DNA of 63,788 nucleotides from an uncultured Chthoniobacterales bacterium (GTDB lineage Bacteria; Verrucomicrobiota; Verrucomicrobiia; Chthoniobacterales; JAATET01): NCBI GenBank assembly GCA_964247025.1, contig CAXTSM010000008.1, positions 44,970 to 108,757 of the forward strand, read 5' to 3'. Shown piece by piece: positions 56,622 to 63,788 of this stretch (position 1 is its first letter; each line of letters starts with the position of its first letter). The notes under the pieces were generated by a model. It saw only the letters and a program-made list of their open reading frames with translations, ran no database searches and was not told where the DNA came from. The position numbers and the translations under genes were made by a program.

Positions 56622-59267
56622 TCACGCGGGAAGCCCGCGGAGAACCCGCGCGAGGGCCTCGCGGCGCAGCGGTTTCGTGAGGTAGTCGTTCATGCCGGCG
56701 GCCAGGCAGCGCTCGCGGTCGCCGACCATCGCGTCGGCCGTGAGCGCGGCGATGATCGCCGGCGCGCGGCCGCCGGCGGCCTCCTCCGCGCGGATGCGGC
56801 GGGTGGCTTCGAGGCCGTCCATGCCCGGCATCTGCACGTCCATCAACACGAGGTCGAACCGCTCCGTCGCAAGCTTGGCGAAGCTTTCTTCGGCGCTCGC
56901 GGCGGTGTCGGTCTCGGCGCCGAGTTGCTCCAGCAGTTTCGAGGTGAGGCGGCGGTTGAGGACGTTGTCGTCCACGACGAGCACGCGGCGCGGCGGCCCG
57001 GCCTGCGGACCATCCGCCTCGAGGAAAAAGAGCTCGACCTCGGGAGGGCCGACGAGGGCGGCGACCTGGTCGACGGAGGCCGGCCGGGCGGGCAGTTCGA
57101 AGAAAAACGCGCTGCCCGGACCGGCGTGATCGGCGAGGTCGAGATGCCCGCCGAGCAGGACGGCCAGGCGCCGGCTGATCGCCAGGCCCAGGCCGGTGCC
57201 GCCGAAGCGGCGGGTCGTGGAGGAATCCGCCTGGGTGAAGGGCTGGAACAAACGTTCCCGCTGCTCGCCCGTGATCCCGATCCCGGTGTCCGTGACGACG
57301 AAACGCAGATTCGGGGCAACCAGCGAAATGGCCACGCGCACCTCGCCCGCGGCGGTGAATTTCACGGCGTTGCCGACCAGGTTTACGAGGATCTGGCGCA
57401 GGCGGGAGGAATCCGTCAGCACATGCGATGGCACGTCGGCGGAGATCGCGGAGCGAAGGGCGATCTTTTTCTCCGCGGCGTCGAGTTGGTAGAGTTCGAG
57501 CACCTCGCGGACGCAGCACGCCAGGTCGGTGGCGACGATTTCCACCTCCATGCGGCCGGACTCGATCTTGGAGAAGTCCAGGATGTCGTTGAGCAGCACG
57601 AGCAGGGCGTCGCCGCTGCTGCGAATCGTGCGCAGGTGCTCGCGCTGCGTGGCGTCGAGCGGGGTCCCGAGCATGAGGTCGGCGAAGCCGAGCACGCTGT
57701 TGAGCGGCGTGCGGATTTCGTGGCTCATCATCGCGAGGAAGTTGCTCTTGGCGCGATCGGCGGCCTCGGCGGCCTCCTTTTGCAGGACGAGTTCCTGCTC
57801 GTAGGCGCGGTGGTTCGTGATGTCGAGGGACGCCCCGCGGTAGCCGGCGATCGTGCCGTTCGCATCGTAGCTCGGCACGCCGCTGGCGCTGATCCAAAGT
57901 AGCGAGCCATCCGCGCGCCGCACGCGATGCTCGAAATTCCGAAAAGCCAGACCCGAATGAAAAATCTCGTCCGAGCGGACGCGCATCGAGTCGAGATCCT
58001 CGTCCGGCACGAACTCGAACGGCGTGCGGCCGAGCACCGCTTCGGGCTCCAGACCGAGCACCTCCTTCACCCGGCGAGAGGCGTAGGTGTAGCGTCCCTC
58101 GCGGTCCACCTCCCAGATGAACTCCCCGATCGCCTCGCTCACGTCCCGGAACCGCTGCTCGCTTTCCACGAGCCGGGCCTGCGCGCCCTTCGCCGCGGAG
58201 ACGTCGTAACAGGCGACGAGCAGGACGTCCCGGCCTTGGAAAATCGTGTGCCGCAGGAACACGTCGCATTCCACGGGGCTGCCGTCGACCCGGCAGAACT
58301 GCCAGTCGAAGTGGCTGGCGCCGGTTTCCAGCGCCGCCATCACGTGGTCGGCCCAGCCCTCGGCGGAGAGGGCGTGCGTGGGCTGGCGTCGCGGCCAGAG
58401 GGCCCACACCGGCTGCGCCAGCAGGGCGTCCTTGTCCCTCGCGCCGAAAAGCAGGACCGAGGCGGGGTTCGCATCCACGAGGATGTCTCCATCGAAGGCG
58501 AAATGCGCGGTCGCGGTTTCATCGAAAAACAACCGCAGCGTCTCCTCTTCCAACCGCCGCGTCTCGGCGATCTGGACCTGCGCGCGGGCCGATCGCCGGC
58601 GGACCCGCAGCATCACGGAGCCGGACGCCGAGCCCACGACCAGGCCCAGCAGGCTGGTGAACAAAAAACTTTGCTCGATGCCTTTCAACCGCCTCACGAC
58701 GCTCTCCGTGTCGGCCTCGAGCCCGAAAATGCCGATGATTTTCCGGTCCCAGGCAAAGATCGGGGAAAAGGCGGTGGTCTCCAGGCCGTCGACTTCGATC
58801 CATCGTCCCGCCCCGGACCCGGCCTTCTTGAAGTGATCGCGCGCCCGCATCGCGTGGGCGGACAGCGGGGAAGCCATGGGCTTGCTCCCCGGGAGGCCGG
58901 TGTCGAGCAAGGTGAGGGGCTCGTCGTCGTCGAGCGAGAACGAATAGATCCGCCGCGCGTCCTCGCTGTGGTCGCGGATGAAAACGAACGACCGGCTCTG
59001 CCGCTCGATCGCCGGCGCCCGCCGCTCCGGCGGGAGGGCCAGCATCGAGCGATGACGGTCGGCCGACAGCAGGGAAATGCGTTCTCCCAACTCGCCCAGA
59101 TGCATTTGCAGGTCCTGGAGCTTCTCGTTGCAGGCGCGGACGTAGACGACCCACGCCCCGAGGGTGATGGCTGCGGCGACCGCCAGACCGGCCAGCACCG
59201 CGTCCCTCCACGCGTGGATCGGGGGAAGCGGCCGGTCGGAGGATTTCTTCGGAGTTGAAAAACGCAC
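56622..59267 (-). CDS. Membrane hybrid sensor histidine kinase (PAS, HisKA, HATPase, receiver)
   Basis: MSHEIRTPLN, NLVGNAVKFT, DTGIGI, GGTGLGL, LMDVQMPGMDG. Confidence 0.93.
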   Translation of the reverse strand: MRFSTPKKSSDRPLPPIHAWRDAVLAGLAVAAAITLGAWVVYVRACNEKLQDLQMHLGELGERISLLSADRHRSMLALPPERRAPAIERQSRSFVFIRDHSEDARRIYSFSLDDDEPLTLLDTGLPGSKPMASPLSAHAMRARDHFKKAGSGAGRWIEVDGLETTAFSPIFAWDRKIIGIFGLEADTESVVRRLKGIEQSFLFTSLLGLVVGSASGSVMLRVRRRSARAQVQIAETRRLEEETLRLFFDETATAHFAFDGDILVDANPASVLLFGARDKDALLAQPVWALWPRRQPTHALSAEGWADHVMAALETGASHFDWQFCRVDGSPVECDVFLRHTIFQGRDVLLVACYDVSAAKGAQARLVESEQRFRDVSEAIGEFIWEVDREGRYTYASRRVKEVLGLEPEAVLGRTPFEFVPDEDLDSMRVRSDEIFHSGLAFRNFEHRVRRADGSLLWISASGVPSYDANGTIAGYRGASLDITNHRAYEQELVLQKEAAEAADRAKSNFLAMMSHEIRTPLNSVLGFADLMLGTPLDATQREHLRTIRSSGDALLVLLNDILDFSKIESGRMEVEIVATDLACCVREVLELYQLDAAEKKIALRSAISADVPSHVLTDSSRLRQILVNLVGNAVKFTAAGEVRVAISLVAPNLRFVVTDTGIGITGEQRERLFQPFTQADSSTTRRFGGTGLGLAISRRLAVLLGGHLDLADHAGPGSAFFFELPARPASVDQVAALVGPPEVELFFLEADGPQAGPPRRVLVVDDNVLNRRLTSKLLEQLGAETDTAASAEESFAKLATERFDLVLMDVQMPGMDGLEATRRIRAEEAAGGRAPAIIAALTADAMVGDRERCLAAGMNDYLTKPLRREALARVLRGLPA

Positions 59268-59308
59268 GAGACCCGCCCCATGTTACGGCTCGAACCCATC
59301 GCCTGGCC

Positions 59309-60460
59309 ATGAAATCCCGTCTGTCCGCCTTTCTTTGCGCCGCCCTTTTGCTTCCGGCTCTTGCCGGGATCGCCGAGGACGTGCCGACCATCACCATCCG
59401 CAAAAGCGATGCCATCAACCTTTCCCTGGCCGGCATCGGCGGGGCGGAGGGAGCGTCGGCGGGCAAGGTGCTGCAAAACGATCTCACGCTCGCGGGCGCC
59501 TTCAGCCTCGGCGCGGCGGGCACGGCTTCCTACGTCATTTCCGGCGCGGCCACGGGCGGCGGCCTGCAGGGCCAGGTGAAGGATCGCAGCGGCGGCGTCG
59601 TGCTCGCGAAGAATTACGCCGGCACGCCGCGCGCGGCGGCCCACGCCTTCGCTGACGACATCGTCGAGACGCTGGCCGGCCACCCCGGCATCGCTCGATC
59701 CAGGATCGCGTTCGTCGGCTCGGCGACCGGCCGCAAGGAAATCTACACCGCGGATTACGACGGCGCGAACGTCCGCCAGCTCACGCACGACGGCGGCATC
59801 AGCGTCGCCCCCGCGCTCAGCCCCGACGGCTCCAAGCTGGCCTACACCGGCTACCAGAGCGGCTACGCGGACATCTACCTCGTCGATCTCGGCAGCGGCT
59901 CGCGCAATCGGATCGTGAAATTCCCCGGCACGAATTCCGGCGCGGCGTTTTCGCCCGATGGCGGTCGCCTCGCCTGCTCGATCAGCAAGGACGGGAACCC
60001 CGAGCTCTACGTGGTCGGCGCGAACGGCTCCGGCGCGCGGCGGCTCACCCGCACCCGCGGCGTCGAGTCCTCGCCGTCGTGGTCGCCGAACGGCGGCGAG
60101 ATCGTCTTTTCGTCGGACGAGAACGGCAGCCCGCGCCTGTTTCGCATCCCGTCCGCCGGCGGCGCCGCGCAGCCGGTGAACACCGGGTTCGGATTTTGCA
60201 CGGAGCCGAGCTGGTCGCCGGACGGGCGCAAGATTGCCTGCACGGTGCGCCAGGGCGGCTTCTCCATCGCCGTCACAGATCTCGGCAGCGGCGCGACGCG
60301 CATGCTCGTCCCGGGCGAGGATCCCGCGTGGGGCGCCGACTCGCGGCACGTCATCTACAGCAGCGGATCGTCGCTGCTGCTGCTCGACACGCAGAGTGGC
60401 CGCACGGTGCCGGTCATCAGCGGACTGGGGAAAGTTTCGGAGCCGAGCTGGGCGCGGTAA
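59309..60460 (+). CDS. tolB: TolB-like beta-propeller protein
   Basis: Signal peptide, PD40 repeats (SPDG/SPNG), adjacent to pal. Confidence 0.85.
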   Translation: MKSRLSAFLCAALLLPALAGIAEDVPTITIRKSDAINLSLAGIGGAEGASAGKVLQNDLTLAGAFSLGAAGTASYVISGAATGGGLQGQVKDRSGGVVLAKNYAGTPRAAAHAFADDIVETLAGHPGIARSRIAFVGSATGRKEIYTADYDGANVRQLTHDGGISVAPALSPDGSKLAYTGYQSGYADIYLVDLGSGSRNRIVKFPGTNSGAAFSPDGGRLACSISKDGNPELYVVGANGSGARRLTRTRGVESSPSWSPNGGEIVFSSDENGSPRLFRIPSAGGAAQPVNTGFGFCTEPSWSPDGRKIACTVRQGGFSIAVTDLGSGATRMLVPGEDPAWGADSRHVIYSSGSSLLLLDTQSGRTVPVISGLGKVSEPSWAR

Positions 60461-60465
60461 TTTCC

Positions 60466-60631
60466 GAATCTGGAAAACGGGAAGGCTGCCAGGAAGACGA
60501 GGGAAAAGGGGAAGCTTCGATGGCGATAAAGGCGGGAGGCGGAATCGCATTCGCCTTTCTTTCTCCTTTCCCCCCTTCCCTGGTCTCGTTGCCTCTTCCG
60601 CATTTTTCCTGCTTTCCTGCTTTCCAGATTC
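60466..60631. repeat. Long imperfect inverted repeat (REP/MITE-like)
   Basis: GAATCTGGAAA...TTTCCAGATTC ends; purine-rich left arm and pyrimidine-rich right arm with TTTCCTGC repeats. Confidence 0.5.
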
Positions 60632-60655
60632 CTCCCCGCGTTTTTAATACCCGCC

Positions 60656-61165
60656 ATGAAGCCCACTTTCCTTTTCGCCCTTGCCGTCTGCGCGGGCCTT
60701 TCGTTTTCCTCCTGCGCGCTGTTCAAGAAAAAGGGCGGTGAGGACTCGGTCGGGGTGGACGGGGATTACGTGACCGGCACGCCGCTCCCCGAGCGCGTGG
60801 AAGGCTCGAATTTCTTCGGCGGCACCGTGAATCGCGGCCAGTTCCAGCCGGTTTATTTCAGCTACGACAGCTTCACCGTCTCCGACGCCGAGCTGGTGAA
60901 GCTCGACGCCGTGGCAAGCGCCATGAAGGGCATGAAGAACGACATCATCATCGCCGGCTTCACCGACGCGAGCGGCACCGAGGAATACAACCGCGGCCTC
61001 GGCGAGCGGCGCGCGCAGGCCGTGCGCGAGGCGTTGATCGGCCTCAGCGTGCCGGCGGGTCGCATCCAGACGGTGAGCTTCGGCGAGGAAATGCCGGCCG
61101 ACCCGGGCTCGGGCGAGACCGCGGACACGAAGAACCGCCGCGCGGAGTTCGGCGTCGTCAAGTAG
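60656..61165 (+). CDS. pal: Peptidoglycan-associated lipoprotein (OmpA family)
   Basis: Lipobox FSSC, GFTDASGTEEYNRGLGERRA, SFGEE.P, NRRAEF. Confidence 0.88.
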   Translation: MKPTFLFALAVCAGLSFSSCALFKKKGGEDSVGVDGDYVTGTPLPERVEGSNFFGGTVNRGQFQPVYFSYDSFTVSDAELVKLDAVASAMKGMKNDIIIAGFTDASGTEEYNRGLGERRAQAVREALIGLSVPAGRIQTVSFGEEMPADPGSGETADTKNRRAEFGVVK

Positions 61166-61210
61166 CCTCGCGGTGGCATCGGCTTCCCGCCGATGCCACC
61201 TCGAAATTCC

Positions 61211-62398
61211 ATGGCCGTTCCGCTCCTCGACCTCACCCGGCAATACGCGGGCATCCGCGACGCCGTGCAGCACGAGATCGACGCCGTCGTCGCCTCGCAG
61301 GGTTTCATTCTCGGGCCGAAGGTGGATGCCTTCGAGGCCGCGATCACCGCGCGCATCGGCTGCGGTTTTTCCGTCGGGATGTCGTCCGGCACCGACGCCC
61401 AGCTCGCGATCCTCATGGCGCTCGGCGTCGGCCCGGGCGACGCCGTCATCACGACACCCTACACGTTTTTCGCGACCGCCGGATGCATCCATCGCGTCGG
61501 CGCGGAGACGGTCTTCGTCGACATCGATCCCGTCACCCTGAACCTCGATCCCGGCCGGCTCGAGGAATGCCTGCGCCACCGCTGCCACCGGGCGGCGGAC
61601 GGCGCGCTGCGCACCGCCCGGGGGAACCGCGTCCGCGCGATCTGCCCGGTGCATTTGTTCGGCCTGTGCTGCGAGATGGACCGGATCGGCGACCTGGCCG
61701 CGGAGTTCGACCTGCCGGTCATCGAGGACGCCGCCCAGGCCATCGGGGCGGAATATCCCTCGCGCGACGGCGTAAAGCAGGCCGGTGCCATCGGGCACTC
61801 CGCGTATTTCAGCTTTTTTCCGGCGAAGAACCTCGGCGCATTTGGCGATGCGGGCCTGGCCAGTTGCCAGGACGAGGGTTTCGCGAACGAGCTCCGGCTC
61901 ATGCGCAACCACGGCATGGAGCAGCGGTATTACCATCGCCGGGTGGGGGGCAATTTCCGCATCGACGCGCTCCAGGCCGCGATCCTTCACGCCAAGCTTC
62001 CCCACGTCGGCGCGTGGAACGCCGCCCGCCGCGCGAACGCCGGGAAATACGCCGCGGCGTTCGAAGCCGCCGGGTTGCTCGAGTTCGTCACGCCTCCCGC
62101 GACGCCCTTCGCGGGCCGGGTGGCGGAGCATCACACCTTTCACCAATACGTCGTCCGCGCCGTCCGCCGGGACGAGCTGGCGAAGCATCTTGCCGCGCGT
62201 GGCATCGGCCACGGCGTTTATTATCCCGTTCCGCTGCATCTTCAGGAATGCTTTGCCCCCCTGGGCGCCGCTCCGGGGGATTTCCCGGAGTCCGAATGCG
62301 CCGCCGCCGAGACCATCGCGCTGCCGATCTTTCCCGAGTTGACCGCGGCGGAGCACGACGAGGTGGTGTCCGCGATCTCTTCGTTCTTCACCGGGTGA
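61211..62398 (+). CDS. DegT/DnrJ/EryC1/StrS aminotransferase
   Basis: SSGTDA, PVHLFG, IEDAAQAIGA, SFFPAKNLGAFGDAG. Confidence 0.93.
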   Translation: MAVPLLDLTRQYAGIRDAVQHEIDAVVASQGFILGPKVDAFEAAITARIGCGFSVGMSSGTDAQLAILMALGVGPGDAVITTPYTFFATAGCIHRVGAETVFVDIDPVTLNLDPGRLEECLRHRCHRAADGALRTARGNRVRAICPVHLFGLCCEMDRIGDLAAEFDLPVIEDAAQAIGAEYPSRDGVKQAGAIGHSAYFSFFPAKNLGAFGDAGLASCQDEGFANELRLMRNHGMEQRYYHRRVGGNFRIDALQAAILHAKLPHVGAWNAARRANAGKYAAAFEAAGLLEFVTPPATPFAGRVAEHHTFHQYVVRAVRRDELAKHLAARGIGHGVYYPVPLHLQECFAPLGAAPGDFPESECAAAETIALPIFPELTAAEHDEVVSAISSFFTG

Positions 62399-62487
62399 AT
62401 TTATCGATCGCAAGGTGTGTGAATCCATGCGGAGTTTGGATTTTCGTTGGTAAAGAGATTGGCGGCTTCATAAAAGCGGGGAAGCCA

Positions 62488-63788
62488 ATGAGCAAAAATT
62501 CCCTTCGCCGCCGCCTCCTTCCTCCCCCTGCCTGGCACGCCATTTTTCTAGCGGCGGCGATGGCGCTCCCGTTCGGGGCCGCCAGCCTGCGGGCGGCGGA
62601 CCCGGCTCCCGCCGTCGCGGCGACCCCCGCCGCGAAGGAAGCGAAGAAAGAATCCGGCAAGAAGAAGGGCAAAAAGAAAAAGGCGAAGAAGGCTGCGCCG
62701 AAGAAGAAGGGCGACACGAAGAAACTCACCGCGTCCGCGCTGATCGACGAAGTCGAGAAAGGCATCGCGCTCATCGGCAAGGGGGCGAAGGACGCGAAGC
62801 TCGACCCGAAGTCGAAGGCGGCGGCGCCGTTTTTCGCGGCGTTGAAAACGGTCGCGAAAAATTCTTCGACCCTCAAGACGCAGCTCGCCGCGAAGGACAA
62901 GGCCTATTTCAAGACGCTCAGCGATTCCGCGACCGTGGTCGGCAAGCTCCGCGTGACGGCGCCGCGCATCGGCGTGGTGAACAAATCCATCAACGACGGC
63001 GTGAAGATCGTCTTCGACTCGTTCGGCGCGCTGCGCGGGAATTTCGGCAAGGAAGCCGCCCGCAAGAAGGCCGGCGGTCCGCTTACCGACAAGGAGAAGG
63101 CGACCTTCGCCAAGCTCAAGGAACAGCAGTCGGCGCTCGTCACGAAGCTGATGCCCGTGCGCGAGAAAGCGGTGAAAGCCGGCAACAGGAAGCTCGTGGC
63201 GGACCTCGACGGATTGTTCAAACAATCGAAAACCGTGGTCGCCGCGAAGCTCGACGTGAACGGCTTCGTCCTCGCCCTGGAGCTCTTCGACTATCTTGCC
63301 GGCGAATACGACGCCTACACCTATTACGTGCCGACGGAATATCGCGCCGACTGGGCCTACGTCGACACGTCCTACCAGCAATCCCGCGCGATCTACTGGG
63401 ATTACTACGGCAGCTACGTGGTTAGTGATTGGGCTTATTACGAGACGGGAAACATTTCGTATGATTACGATTACACGTGGGACGTGGGCATCTCCTCCAC
63501 CGAGATCGCGGAATACAACCGCTACGTCGAGGAATCGAGCTACGACGAGTCCAGCTACGAGGAAAGCTCCAGCGAAGCCACCATCGACGAATCCAGCTAC
63601 GAGGAAAGCTACGCCGAAAACGAGGACGCGGAGGATGATTCCTGGGAGGACGCGGCGGACGACATCGAAGACGATGCGGAGGAGTCCGGCGACGATGGCG
63701 GGGACGACTCCGACGATGGCGGGGATGACTCCGACGATGGCGGGGACGACTCCGACGATGGCGGGGATGACTCCGACGATGGCGGGGA
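62488..63788 (+). CDS. Secreted charge-segregated hypothetical protein (3' partial; absent from the ORF track)
   Basis: ATG at 62488, open to the window end; signal peptide ...AASLRA, Lys-rich start, Tyr/Trp-rich middle, Asp/Glu-rich tail. Confidence 0.8.
   Translation, partial: MSKNSLRRRLLPPPAWHAIFLAAAMALPFGAASLRAADPAPAVAATPAAKEAKKESGKKKGKKKKAKKAAPKKKGDTKKLTASALIDEVEKGIALIGKGAKDAKLDPKSKAAAPFFAALKTVAKNSSTLKTQLAAKDKAYFKTLSDSATVVGKLRVTAPRIGVVNKSINDGVKIVFDSFGALRGNFGKEAARKKAGGPLTDKEKATFAKLKEQQSALVTKLMPVREKAVKAGNRKLVADLDGLFKQSKTVVAAKLDVNGFVLALELFDYLAGEYDAYTYYVPTEYRADWAYVDTSYQQSRAIYWDYYGSYVVSDWAYYETGNISYDYDYTWDVGISSTEIAEYNRYVEESSYDESSYEESSSEATIDESSYEESYAENEDAEDDSWEDAADDIEDDAEESGDDGGDDSDDGGDDSDDGGDDSDDGGDDSDDGG
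63691..63788 (+). repeat. 21-bp coding tandem repeat (DDGGDDS), at least 4.7 copies
   Basis: GACGATGGCGGGGAYGACTCC with C/T alternating, giving a 42-bp higher-order unit. Confidence 0.95.

Noticed and set aside
62388-63381. Minus-strand ORFs listed in the track (170, 277 and 105 aa)
   Set aside because: Antisense shadows of the plus-strand gene starting at 62488
63691-63788. Repeat array as a possible CRISPR
   Set aside because: No spacers, in-frame coding repeat, no cas genes

Overview
High-GC bacterial chromosome, probably Verrucomicrobiota (inferred from the ilvE-mcsA-mcsB-clpC order and the protein families present), in three parts. (1) 1-14.7 kb: a cluster of about 14 glycosyltransferase/acetyltransferase genes for a surface polysaccharide. 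(2) 14,857-41,446: a 26.6-kb, visibly AT-richer integrative mobilizable element. Its large serine recombinase has inserted it inside a HAD-family acid phosphatase lipoprotein gene. Both halves of the split gene, the TGAG core and the attP inverted repeats can be read directly. The element carries a complete, recoded copy of the gene it disrupts. It also encodes a relaxase, a TraK/L/M-like mobilisation module with a candidate oriT, AAA and RadC proteins, SSB, regulators, two unusual secreted proteins, and a two-gene LamG/TSP3 protein + C39-peptidase-Rhs-metallopeptidase system whose partners appear to share a split Ig domain. (3) 41.4-63.8 kb: host genes (fructose-family PTS with GH38 alpha-mannosidase, clpC/mcsB/mcsA/ilvE, hybrid histidine kinase, tolB/pal, DegT aminotransferase, and a charge-segregated secreted protein running off the end in a 21-bp repeat). 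All calls come from motifs and alignments read by eye; no searches were run.
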